64,000 bases of DNA, taken from positions 153,078,001 through 153,142,000 of the forward strand of contig NC_042998.1 in NCBI RefSeq assembly GCF_006345805.1. Reading direction: 5' to 3'. Positions within the stretch are counted from its first letter, which is position 1, and each line of letters starts with the position of its first letter. Below the pieces are notes generated by a model. It ran no database searches, was not told where the DNA came from, and worked only from the letters and a program-made list of their open reading frames with translations. The stretch is from Octopus sinensis (lineage: Eukaryota). Of the stretch, positions 26,490 through 38,749 are shown in pieces. Made by a program: the position numbers and the translations under genes.

Positions 26490-29400
26490 CAATGTCTAGT
26501 TGCTAGTTTGCGGTGTGCCCGCCCTCGCACCCCCTCCACCTGTACCAGAAGTCCCTATTCTGTCATCCTTGGTTGTCTCCCATGAACACTTCTAAAGGCC
26601 TTTCGCCACCCCACCCCCTTCTATATAAGGTAGTGATCATACAGGGCAAAATATGATTGTAGTGTACGCGGGTTGAACTTAAGACTATTGTTGTTTGTCT
26701 ATGAATTCTGCCAAATGCGAGCTCTCTTTTCAGGTACATGACGCCGCTGTCCCCCATCCCAGGATCTCAAGGGCCCATACCTCCCACACCCTCAGGGTTG
26801 GCACTCTCAACGTCAGCACACTGAAAGGTAGGTCTGGTGAGATTGTTGAGATGCTTGAACGGAGATGTATTGATATGTGCTGCATCCAAGAAATTAGGTG
26901 GAGAGGAGGTTCTGCTAGGTTCCTCACAGGCAAAGAACACAGGTACAAGATTTTCTGGGCAGGGAACACTGATGGAGTCGGGGGCGTGGGTGTACTTCTT
27001 GAGGAGAAATGGGTAGATAAGGTAATTGAGGTTGTCAGGGTATGCGATAGAATATTTAAGATTAGATTAGTGCTCCACCATGGGTTAGCAACCATTATCT
27101 TGGCCTGTGCCCCTCAGCCAGGGCTACCTGATGGACAGAAAGACCGATTCTATGATACCACGTTGACGAATGACAGAGACCTCTTTGTGGCTGGTGACTT
27201 CAATGGACATGTTAGACAACATGTCGGGCGTTTCCATGGCATACATGGAGGCTACGGTTTTGGCTCTCGCAATGAGGAGGGAACCAGGCTGCTGGAGTTC
27301 TGTGACGCAAATGATCTTACGCAATACTAACTTCAGAAAACCTGCCAGCCAACTAGTCACCTACCACTCGGGCAGACACACTACCAGATTGACTACATCC
27401 TCACCAGAAAAAGAGAAAGATGGCTGCTTATAAATGCCAAAACCTCCCCAGGCGAAGAATGTACCCCACAACATAGACTGGTAGTTAGTGACTTCTGGGT
27501 AAGTGCTAAATGGTTGCCCAGAAGACGACCAGCGAGGAGAAGAAGGGTCCGGAGACTTAAAGATCCCGCAAATGGACAGAGATTTAGAGACATTACTCAA
27601 AGCCTTTGACGAAATAGAAGGGGATATAGCTTCCCATGGTATAGAAGACAACTGGAGGTTCCTACAGGACAACCTGGTAAGGACTACTGACCAGATCTGT
27701 GGATGGCGCAAAGTCCCTTCACGACCCAAAATAACATGGTGGTGGGATAATGTTGTTGACAGGGCTATTAGAGAAAAGAAACAGGCTTGGAAGGACTGGA
27801 AGAACGGTGGTAACAGGGAATTGTATCAGATTGCCAGAAGGGAAGCTAGGAGGCAGGTTTATTTGGCCAGATGGGAAGCAGACAAGGAAAAATTTGCCAA
27901 TGTTTTGCGCCATGAGGACCAAAGACTTGAGGTATTTCGTGTTGCAAGACAGTGTGTGAGAGAGAATCATGATGTTGTCAGAGAGAAATCTGTTAGCATG
28001 GATGATGGCCCACTTGCAGTAAATCAGGCTGCAAAGAGAGAGGTTTGGAGACGCCACTATGAAAGGTTGCTGAATCAAGAAAATGAATGGGAGAAAGAGA
28101 GTCTGCCGAATGTCGACCCAACAGAGGGAACAGCTATCCAAGTTGTTAGTACCTTTGTACATAAAGCAATTAAGAGTACAAAGAGAGGGAAAGCTCCAGG
28201 CCCATCAGGAATTACTGCACTGATGCTCAAAATATCTGGCAGTGTCGGCTAAAGCCTAGTCACCTGCATAGTTAACCAGGTGATACATGAAGGAGTCATA
28301 CCCAATGACTGGTGTAGCAGCATAATAGTCAACTGCTACAAAGGTACAGGTGACGCTTTAGATACAAATAATTACAGAGGTATCAAGCCGTTCGATCAGG
28401 TAATGAAGGTCACGGAGAGGGTCATAGCCCAACTAATTAGGGAGAAAGTCAGTTTGGATGAGTCGAAGTTTGGTTTCATGCCAGGGAAAAGCACCACTGA
28501 AGCTATATTTCTGGTAAGACAGCTGCAGGAGAAATACCTAGCCAAAGATAAGCCCCTGCACCTGGTTTTCGTTGACAAGGGGAAAACCTTTGACAGGGTC
28601 CCCCTATCTCTTATTTGGTGGTCAATGAGGAAACTAGGGATAGATGAATGGTTAGAGAGAGACGTGCAAACTATGTACAGGGATGCTGTCAGTAAGGTGA
28701 CGGTTGGCAATGAGTACACTAAAGAATTCAGGGTAGAGGTAGGGGTCCACCAGGGTTCAGTCCTCAGCCCCCTCCTATTTACCATAGGTCCTCCAGGCAA
28801 TAACATAGGAATTCAAGATAGGATGTGCCCCTGGGAGCTCCTCTATGCTGATCACCTTGCTCTAATTGCTGTGTCACTATCAGTACTAGAGAGAAGTTTC
28901 AAGTGTGGAAGCAAGGATTAGAATCGAAGGGCCTTAGAGTCAACCTAACTAAAACCAAAGTCCTAATAAGTAGGAAGGCAGGCAAACCACAAATCCCTTC
29001 AGGTAGATGGCCCTGCTCGATCTGTAGAAAAGACGTAGGTAGAAACTCTATAAGATGTACCCTGTGTGAGCTATGGACACATAAGAGGTGCAGTAATATC
29101 AAAGGAAGGCTAACTGGGAAGATAGTTTTTGTATGTGGCAGATGCTCAGGAGCAATAAACACTGAAAATGCACAGAACAACTACCGCTACATTCCAGGTA
29201 GAAAAACTAGAAGTAGTTGATAGCTTCCATTACTTAGGTGACCAAGTCAGTAGCGGGGGAGGGTGTGCAGAAAGTGTAGCTGCTAGAATAAGAATAGCTT
29301 GGGCAAAGTTCAGAGAGTTCTTACCTCTGCTGGTGACAAAGGTCTCTAGCTCAGAGTAAAGGTAGACTGTATGACGCATGTGTACGAACAGCCATGCTAC

Positions 29401-30455
29401 ATGGCAGTGAAACATGGGCTGTGACTGCTGAGGACATGCATAATCTTGCAAGGAATGAAGCTAGTATGATCCGATGAATGTGTAATGTCAGTGTGCATAC
29501 TCAACAGAGTGTAAGTACCTTGAGAGAAATGTTGGACCTAAGAAGCATCAGATGTGCTGTGCAAGAGAGACGACTGTGCTGGTATGGTCATGTGGCGAGA
29601 GTGGATGAGGATAGCTGTGTGAAAAAGTGCCACAATCTAGCAGTTGAGGGAACCTGTGGAAGAGGGAGAGCCAGGAAGACCTGAGATGAAGTGGTGAAGC
29701 ATGACCTTTGAACTTTAGGCCTCACCAAGGAAATGACTAGTGACCAAGACTTTTGGAAATATGCTGTGTGCAAGCCAAATGAGACCATAATCTCGTGGCC
29801 TATGCGAGGGGTGTAACCAGCCCACTTATGCATACCTTTTCCTTCTTTGGACACTAAAACTCTGCTTGCGAAAACCTGTTGAGGCAAGTAAAATAAAGTC
29901 AAAATCAAAATCAAATTCAATGACTGGCGTCCGTGCTAGTGGGGTGCAAAAGCACCATACGAGTGTGATCATTGACAGAGCGGCCAAATGGCGTCCGTTC
30001 CAGTGGCACTTAAAAGGCACCATTCGAATGTGATCATTACCAGCGTCGCCTTACTGGCACTTGAGCCCCGTGCTAGTAGGGTGTTAAGAGCATCCGAGTG
30101 TGATCATTGCCAGAGCGGCTATCTGGCCTCCATGCCGGTGGCATGTAAAAGACACCATCCAAGTGTGACCATTACTAGCATTGCCTTACTGGCACCTGTG
30201 CCGGTGGCATGTGTAAAAGATTCGAGCAAGGTCGTTGCCAGTACCGCCTGACTGGCCCCATGCCGGTGGCACATAAAAGCACCCACTACACTCTCGGAGT
30301 GGTTGGCATTAGGAAGGGCATCCAGCTGTAGAAACTCTGCCAGATCAAGATTGAAACCTGGTGCAGCCATCTGGTTTGCCAGCCTTCAGTCAAATCGTCC
30401 AACCCATGCCAGCATGGAAAGCGGACGTTAAATGACAATGATGACGATGATGATA
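26490..30455 (+). mobile_element. Near full-length RTE LINE, frameshifted
   Basis: Endonuclease LRVGTLNV...CIQEIRW...AGDFNGHV...QHRLVVSDF. RT NYRGIK, GFMPGKSTT, GVHQGSVLSPLLF, PWELLYAD. PHD-like insert, 3' UTR and (GAT)n tail. Confidence 0.93.
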
Positions 30456-30457
30456 TA

Positions 30458-30497
<40 letters not shown>

Positions 30498-30500
<3 letters not shown>

Positions 30501-30838
30501 GGTAAAGACCCCCTTCGGTCATGAATGACCATGGGATTGCACCTAGAAAGTTACCCTCCCAGGCACAAGTCTGGGCACGGTTGTTTATGGAAGACCAGCA
30601 GTCGCCCATGCATACCAGCCTCCCCTCTCCACGCCACCAGTGTTATCCAAGGGAAAGACAAAGGTCGATACAGCTTGGCACCAGTGACGTCGCAACTCAT
30701 TTCTACAGCTGAGTGAACTGGAGCAACGTGAAATAAAGTGCTTTGCTCAAGAACACAACACGCAGCCCGGTCCGGGATTCGAGCTCACAACCTCACGATC
30801 GTAAGCTCGACGCTCTAACCACTGAGCCATGCGCCTCC
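30498..30838 (-). mobile_element. tRNA-derived SINE, full length, in (TA)n
   Basis: Minus strand GGAGGCGCATGGCTCAGTGG ... GAGCTCGAATCCCG. Reverse complement of the 17977-18306 family. Confidence 0.88.
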
Positions 30839-30839
30839 C

Positions 30840-30870
<31 letters not shown>

Positions 30871-30924
30871 TATAGAAAAAAAAAGTCAAGATAGAAAATG
30901 CTAAAATAATTTTATAAAAAACAT

Positions 30925-30964
30925 TTCAGTACTGGTTTCAGTCATTGAGACTTTTTCAACTGTA
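30925..30964 (-). ncRNA. Type I hammerhead motif with U3-A8 covaried core
   Basis: Minus strand reads tacag-TTGAAAA-agtc tcaat gact-GAAA-ccag-TA-ctgaa. Stem II is a perfect 4 bp, stem I is cag/ctg, and stem III is minimal. Confidence 0.65.
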
Positions 30965-31304
30965 AGAATTAAATAATTAAATTTAGAAAAATTAAAAGAA
31001 AAGTTTTTTTAAAAGAATATTTGTATAGTGTTCAAATACAAGTGGCATTTTCCTTGTTTCTGCCTGTCTCTGTCTCCCTTGTTTACTCTTGTGGGTTTGA
31101 GGAAGGTCATTGTGAATTCTTAGTAGGGAAGAAGAAAAAGGAGGAGGAGAAGGGAAAGAAGAAGAATGTGGGAGTGCCATGACAGTAGTATTTTGAATGG
31201 TCAGCTAATGACTATCAGTGGATGTTCAATTCATGAAAATATTTCTTTTGAATGTTTTGTTTATAGAATTTGCCTAGGGGTTATTTTAAACAGCATCAGT
31301 GATG

Positions 31305-32316
31305 AAGAAGAAGGCCTTAGAGTCAATGTAGCAAAGACCAAAGTTCTAGTAAGTAAGAAGGCGAACTCATTACACACACTCTCAGATAGGTGGCCCTGCT
31401 CGATCTGTAGAAAAGGTGTAGGTAGAAACTCCATAAGACATACCCAGTGTAAGCTATGGACACATAAGAGGTGCAGCAACATCAAAGGAAAATTAACTGA
31501 GAAGATAGCTTTCGTGTGCGACAGATGCACAGGGGCAATAGACACCACAGATACTTAGAAAATAGATTCCATTACACTCCAGGGGAAGAAACTAGAAGTA
31601 GTTGATAGCTTCTGCTACCTAGGCAACCAAGTTAGTAGTGTGGGTAGATGCTCAGAGAGTGTTACCACTAGAATAAGAATAGCCTGGGCAAAGTTTAGAA
31701 AGCTTCTTCCCCTACTGGTGACAAAGGATAGATTGTACGACGCATGTATGCAAACTGCCATGCTTCACAGCAATGAAACATGAGCTGTGACTGCAGAGGA
31801 CATGTGTAGGCTCAAAAGAAATGAAGCCAGCATGATCCACTGGATGTGTAATGTCAGTGTGTATGCACAACAGAGTGTAAGCACCTTGAGAGAAATGTTG
31901 GACATAAGAAGCATCGGATGTGGCGTGTAGGAGAGACGTTTGCATTGGTATGATCATGTACTACGGATGGATGAGGAGAGATGTGTGAAGAAGTGCCACT
32001 CCCAAACAGTTGAAGGAATCTGGGATAGAGGTAGACCCAAGAAGACATGGGATGAGGTGGTCAAGAATGACCTTCGAACGTTAGTAATGACGAAAGACCA
32101 AGTTCTCTGGATATATGCTGTGACTGCGAAGACCTGACAAATGAAGTGAGTTCATGGCTCGCAGGATGGCCTGCTGTGCTTACCTTCAATCGTAGGGTGA
32201 CCTGCTGTGCTTGAGGAAACCTATTGAGTCAAGTACATCAATATCAAAATAAAAATCAAATGGAAATTGTAGTTGTGATACCTGTGCCGCTGGCACATAA
32301 AAAAACACCATCCGAA
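31305..32316 (+). mobile_element. 5'-truncated RTE LINE
   Basis: GLRVNVAKTKVLVS...WPCSICRKGVGRNS...RIRIAWAKF...GRPKKTWDEVV. Confidence 0.88.
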
Positions 32317-32813
32317 TGGGAAGAACATCAAGAAAGTTTAATAAAATGAAATAGAATAAAATAAAATAAAGATACAATAAGAGGACACAGATGGGGCAGT
32401 AAGTGAAAATTAAATAATTTACAAACCAAGTTGTGAAGGGGAAAAATAATGATGATAACAACAATAATAATAATAGTGAGAGACAAAAAAGAAAAAGAAA
32501 GACATATCAATGTGTATGCAAGTCTATATGTGCAGTAAAACTATAACATAAAAATCTATATGTGAATATATATATATATATATATATATATAGTCAAAAT
32601 AAGGGTGAAAAAATTGAATATTAATTAGTAACATCAATTTAAACACCAAGTGGCCTAGCGTAGAAAAGACTGGGGTACAGTAAAAATTATTAATGCAAAA
32701 CAATATGAGAGAGTCCACTATGTGGACGCTCTAATGCTAGATATAGATCCGCAAAGGGAATCAGCCACCAAAGAATTGTTACATCATGTGGATTTTGCCG
32801 TTCGGTTCAACAA

Positions 32814-32895
32814 ATTATATTCTGACGATTCGAAAATACTTATGTAAGTAAAATTACATAATCTATTAACGATGAAACAATTGTAAAGAGTTAAT
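32814..32895 (+). ncRNA. Type I hammerhead motif with extended stem II, inside an inverted repeat
   Basis: CTGACGA (32822)-t tcg ... ttatgtaa gtaaaa ttacataa ... cga t-GAAA (32874)-caattg-TA-aagag. Stem III is the palindrome CAATTG, and stem I is partly eroded. Confidence 0.65.
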
Positions 32896-33053
32896 CTATT
32901 TTTTCGTTATTTTTCATTTGTCCTGCTCGCTTACATTCTTGGCACATTGAATTAATTCTTGAGAACAATTCTTTGGTGGCGGATTCCCTTTGCGGATCTA
33001 TATCTAGTGTTAGAGCGTCCACATAGTGGACTCTCTCTTATTGTTTTGCATAT

Positions 33054-33099
<46 letters not shown>

Positions 33100-33109
33100 G
33101 TTTATGTTT

Positions 33110-34400
33110 TCAGTCTTAGTATTGCACAGGCTATATTTGTTGTCTGTCAACCTTTTCCACCTCTTATGGTGTTGGTACTTGGTGGAGCTCTCTTGTTGTT
33201 GAAATGCATGGAAGTAGCCTTCAAAATGGCATGTCATAATCTTGTCGGTACTCCATTCCAAGCTTTTCACATGATCAGTCCCTTTTATGATTTGTGTTTT
33301 TCATGCAAGTAACCATGCACTATTTTCTTTTGTGAACTGATCCATTTGTTTTTTAAGTTTGTTCTTCTGATAAATAGATATTAGCAATGCTCCTTGCGGA
33401 GAGATCTGTATCAACTTGCTCTTATTTCATATCTCTCCTTTAAGTTCATTAGCTATTCTAATTATGTTTTATTCTTTTACTTGTTCAGTCATTTGACTAT
33501 AGCCATGCTGGAGCACCACCTTGTAGGGTTTTAGTGAAACAGATCAGCTCAAGGACTTATCTCCTATGCCTGGTACTTATTCTATCAGTCTCTTTTGCTG
33601 AACACTAGTTGTCAAGCAGTATCAAACACACACATAAAGACATATACACACATATATATGTGTGTGTGTGTGTATAAATATACAACTGGTTTCTTTCAGT
33701 TCCTGTCTACCAAATCCACTAACAAGGCTTTGGTTGACCCAAGGCTATAACAGAAGACACTTGCCCAAAATTCCACACAGTGGAACTGATCCCAAAACCG
33801 TGTGATTGGGAAACAAGCTTCTTACAACACAGCCATGCCCATGCCTTTTGATTTCATGGTCACAAACTCGGGCAAGATAATTACTGGTCTCTTTCCTCTG
33901 CTGCAGACGTTTCAGTGTCACAATACATGTTTCATTCAGCTTCAATACAGATTTGAGACCATGAGCGCCATCTTTGTGTGGTGAGTATATCCTGTCTACA
34001 TCTCCGTTGATGTTTAGGTTTCCTGTAACACTGAGCAGTTTGTGAGTTTGAACATCTATCTCATTGAGTTCTTGTAGAGACCTGTTCAGAAGATCAAACA
34101 TAGATGTGAGGGTAGGCAATGTAATGTGTTGTTGGTAATATATTTGTTGTAAACTGAGAGTTCTGATGACTGTATTCTCTTCGTTTTCCCGAGGTATTCA
34201 TTTCTGGTCCTCTCCTTGTTTTTGTGTTCCCCATATCTGACATTCTCAACTTATCCAAGATACCTATAATTGTCACTTGACTGTTGAGGTTGTATTGTCA
34301 AGTTGTTTATTTTCAGGTTTTCATAGGAGGGCACAACTTTTCCACATTTTTATTGTCAAAAATGTACATTTGGACTCACCAAATTTCATTCCAATGTATG
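33110..34400 (-). mobile_element. Degenerate R4/Dong-like LINE RT C-terminal fragment, interrupted by a SINE
   Basis: LPTLTSMFDLL...ELNEIDVQTHKLL...DVDRIYSPHKDGAHGL and EGYFHAFQQQ resemble R4-clade EL..LD.KTRK.L...D..RLY..R..GGRGL and EG...A.QDQ. Confidence 0.6.
33472..33843 (-). mobile_element. tRNA-derived SINE with CR1-LINE-like 3' tail
   Basis: Head GGCATGGCTGTGTTGTAAGAAGC, core gggcaagtgtcttc, tail ggtggtgctccagcatggc...gactgaacaag. Confidence 0.8.
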
Positions 34401-34561
34401 TGTGTGTGTGTGATTCTATCATCAACATGAGCACAACTACCAACAGCAACAGAAGCACACAGTATGAAGTAGATAAGCAAATTTATTTCAAATAAAAACA
34501 TATGTGGCAGCCTAGAATATTTTAAAAGTTGCATGAGATGTCTTTGATCTTAGGTCTATGA

Positions 34562-37388
34562 TAGGGTTGCCAGATTAGAAAATTATATATATAGAACACT
34601 CTTAAAATCTCTCTGTACATATTTATAAATTTATACATGCCTACACACCTAGAACAATATATCATATAAAAAGTAGAGACATAAGTTAAAAACATAAAGC
34701 ATTTATTTAAATGGATTATGAGAAAAACAAGTAAAATCATTTCATAATTATTTAATATAAGCTAAAAAAAATAAACTCTGTTAAAAATGAAATAATTTGA
34801 AAATATTTCTTTAATACAGACAAAAGAGAAATAGGCAAAAAAATCTGTTAAATTGAAATAATTGTAAATTATTTTATTTAATGACAAATAGATTAAATCT
34901 AGAAAAATGTCTTTAAGTGTGAAAGCATTTGAATATTATCATTTGATACAGGCAATATAGATAACTAAAAGAAATAGTGAGAAAGTTAGATCACTGCAAA
35001 ATTCTTATTCAATAGAGACAATAGAAAAACTTAGAAAATTATTATTTAATGCAAACAATACAGAAAATAGACTAAAAGAACATGAAAAGAAACAAAACTG
35101 ATAAACTTATATGCAAAATTTTCTAAACAGACCACACGAGAATTAAACTTGAACCTTTACCTTTAGTTGTATTTTACTGATGATATGGCTTTTGTTTACA
35201 GGTAGCTAGTTTTCTAACACATGCCTATAAAATTTTTTACACTGATAGTTAAGGTTCCATGTGCATTGTAAGATAGCTTCGACAGTAGCCACATCCAACT
35301 TATTTCATTTTACAGTCCACTGAACATTCATATAAAGAAGACATGTTTAACATTAGCATTATGCACTGGTATGCTAAATAAGAACTGGCATAAGATTAAC
35401 ATCTCAGAGTATTGTTCTTGAAATAACATTCATCTAATAACATCCATGTAAAGTTATCAAAATTTTCAAAACACGAAACCCACTTCTCAAGATAGTCATG
35501 GCAAGTGCCGTAATAGATATCCACTTCAAGTAGAAATTTCATTTTCTTTTCAGATTTCACATTGTCATTATTAAGGCAATCCTTCACACTGAGAGGAATA
35601 AATTTTCATTAATTCTTCTCTTTGTAACTGCAATGATTTCTTTTAAACAGTCAAGCACTTGAATAATGCTGTTTTCTCTCTATTCTATCTTCATAATCTT
35701 GTTGCTAAAAAAATATTCAAAACTGTGAACAAGATATGAGTAGACTTCACTCAGTGGATTATTGAAGAATTCTACAAGAATTTGGGAGACCTTTTCTTCA
35801 GAATCAAAAAAAGATTTCAGTGTTTTAAATAACCTTAGGATTCTCTCAACTGCTCTCATCAAAGAAAGCCAATTAGTTTTAGAAAGTGAGAGAATTGAGG
35901 CCAACAACCTTACAGAAATCTTTCAACTTCTCAGATCAAACAGTATAAATACTAAAGTATGAAAACAATTTAACAACAATTACTTCAACATCAACAGAAG
36001 GAATATTGGCCACGGTATGAGCAGCATTGTGCAGAATATGAGCTGGACACCCAATACCTTCCATCGATTCATTCATGCTTTCATTGAACTTTGAACGGAC
36101 ATTACAGTAATCTCTCACCATATCACGGGTCACCTATCATAGTTTATTGTTTAAGCTTACGTTGATTCCTCTGTGGTGTTGTTTCACATTTATTATAAAA
36201 TAAATATATACAAATTATAAAAATAATTTTAAAAATATACTGTTTCTACTTCACAGATTTTCACCAATCGTGGAGGGTTTTAGAACATAACGTCTGCAAT
36301 AGGCAAGGGATTACTGTAGTTGTGCCTATGTGCAAGTGTCCAGCAAAATTAGTATTTGTGTTAACTCCACCTAAAGCTATACATTACTTCATGTCCAGTC
36401 CTAACTCAATGAGGTTTATTATTGTTTCTAAGGTCTTATTTGGGAGGGATCTTGCAATAACTTTATCGACAAACCCTTTTCATGTGAAAAACATTGCACA
36501 ATCAATGGGAAAATTTTCTCAACATTGTGATTATTTGCATCTGTAGATATGCCATAAGAAGAGTTATTTATATCTTTAACAATCTCCGCAATAGTGTATG
36601 GAGCCACAACATTTTTATCATTACAGTACATTTAATCCTAGCACTTGAAAATTTGCATGCAGTTTTAGAATCAGGAAATACTGTTGGTAGTAGTACATTC
36701 ATACAGTCATTTGAACTGAATGACTGATGATGACGGGCAGTATGAAATGCCATTGTAACTTCTGTGGCTATTATTTTAACTTTCTTCATCTGAGTTTTTC
36801 TTGATCAAGAAGTTTGTTATTTTACCAGCTTCTTTTGAAGTAAAGGCAATGCTACTTTTGTATTTTACTGTTTCTATGTGTTGTTTGATATCAGACTTCT
36901 TGCCATGTTCAATACTGAAAGTGCAATTACATACACCATAGTTTGCTTCAAAACAGCTTCTGCCTTGTTTGATAAATGTCCATTTGCTGGAATATCCATC
37001 ATGAAATTTACACTTATGTTTTGGCATCTGGAAATGGATGGATTAGTTTTTAAGTTTAAAAAAAAGTGTGCTGTGGCAAGTAGTAGCAACACATTTTGTT
37101 GACAGTATCAAGTTGCAAACAAGTCAGTTTTGTGTAAACTTCTAGCAACACTAGTTTCTTCATTATATTTAGGTTATCTTCACCAAGAGAATATGAAAAA
37201 AGAAGGCATAATTACTTACAAAGTTACAACTAAGAACCATAAGAAGGTAGTAAAAATATATTTTTATTACAAGATTTGAAAATGAACTAGATATGGGACA
37301 TGTGTCCCTGAAAGGTCAGTACAGGACAGGGAACAAAATTATCAAATATGGGACATGTCCCATATATAAAGGATATCTGGCAACCATT
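34562..37388 (-). mobile_element. hAT DNA transposon with pseudogenised transposase
   Basis: TIRs TAGGGTTGCCAGAT / ATCTGGCAACCATT. Perfect 8-bp TSD GTCTATGA at 34554-34561 and 37389-37396. Transposase remnants: BED-like MPKHKCKF...DIKQHIET, ISTDANNH, GCPAHILHNAA, SKTNWLSL. Confidence 0.93.
36105..36316. mobile_element. Tigger/pogo-type MITE nested in the hAT transposase
   Basis: TA-CAGTAATCTCT ... AGGGATTACTG-TA. Interrupts the transposase frame. Confidence 0.8.
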
Positions 37389-37558
37389 GTCTATGAAGAT
37401 TGACTAAACAGCCACAATACAATTAGCAAGAACAGTATAACCCCTACAATACCCACCCATTGTCCTTAGCATCTAAACCAATGCAATCCCATCATACCCA
37501 CTATGAATCCAACTTTTTAATCCAACTGGCAACAACAAATATCAGCAACTACACCGGT

Positions 37559-37598
<40 letters not shown>

Positions 37599-37860
37599 AC
37601 ATGTGCGCATGCATGCATGAGTATGTATGTGCTTATGTGTTGAGTCAGACGTGCAAGAAGCAGAACATCTAACTACAACTGTATAGTCATTTTGCTTCCT
37701 CAAGCATTCACCTTTTCATCTCATTTTCAATTATTGCATCAATAGGTTAAGATAATTTTCTACTCACACAAAGCAAATCTTTCCACGGAAAATTTTTTCT
37801 ACTACATATTTGTTGTGGATAATTAATCCCTGCTACTATTAGATTCTCCCTCAATATAAG

Positions 37861-38300
37861 ATGTCTGGAAAGAAGCTATCAAGTAGACCTGAAGGCAATG
37901 GTGTGAAGAGAAACCATAAAGAGATTTAAGTGGATATTAAACTTGATGTTTTAAAAAGACTTGATACAGAGGTAAAACTAAGTTATATTGCCAAAACATT
38001 AACTCTTGCAATGTCTACAACGGTGGGAACAATATATCACAATAAAGAAAATTATGCCAAGCTATTCCATTAACAATTCAGACCTTATTTTTCCATAGAT
38101 CTAATATAATAATGCTTAAAATGTATTTACTTTTGAGTGTATGGATTGAGGATGAGAATCAGTGTAATGTGCCAACAAACTTGATGGTAATTTATAAATG
38201 AGCCAAAAGTTTATATGACGATTTTCAGAAAAAGGAAGGTGAAACTTCTAATGTAAAAACCTTTTTGGGTAGTAAAGGCTAGTTAGGGCTTTCAAGGGTA
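37861..38300 (+). pseudogene. Tigger/pogo transposase N-terminal (CENP-B type HTH) remnant
   Basis: MSGKKLSS...KRNHKEI*VDIKLDVLKRLD...IAKTLTLAMSTTVGTI, LSVWIEDENQCNVP and FLGSKG* (cf. F.AS.GW). Confidence 0.7.
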
Positions 38301-38749
38301 ACAAAGTTTAATTTTACTTGATTTGGTTTTCAAATAAGAAGGCATGGCTGACTCAAGAGACTTTTCAAAGGGTGGTTTATAAATGTTCTTTTGCCTTGTC
38401 GTAAAAAGTTACAGTGTCAGACACAATATTTCCAACAAAGTATTGCTTTGTAAGTTAGAAAAGCCTACCATAAATAAATCACAAAAGCGACTAGATGAGT
38501 TGGAAATGAAACAACTGAGATATACAAACAAATTGTGGGATAATATAAAACAAGTGGTAATGAATGAACAATTTGATGAATCCAGGTTATTAGAACTGCT
38601 GCTAACAAGTTGTGACAATAGTGGACACTAGAATAGTAGGAAAAAAGTTGTTCAGTACTGAACAATTATGGTTCTGGAATCTTCAATTAGTCAGAAGGTA
38701 AAGGAAGTAAAAATTTCACTTTCCTGAAGGCTGAGAAGCAGAAACTGCT

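Noticed and set aside
36718-36760. CTGATGA...GAAA hammerhead-like string
   Set aside because: No convincing stems. It is the antisense of hAT transposase codons (AFHTARHHQSF).
38383-38631. 82-aa ORF
   Set aside because: No recognisable motif or splice support. It lies between TE remnants.
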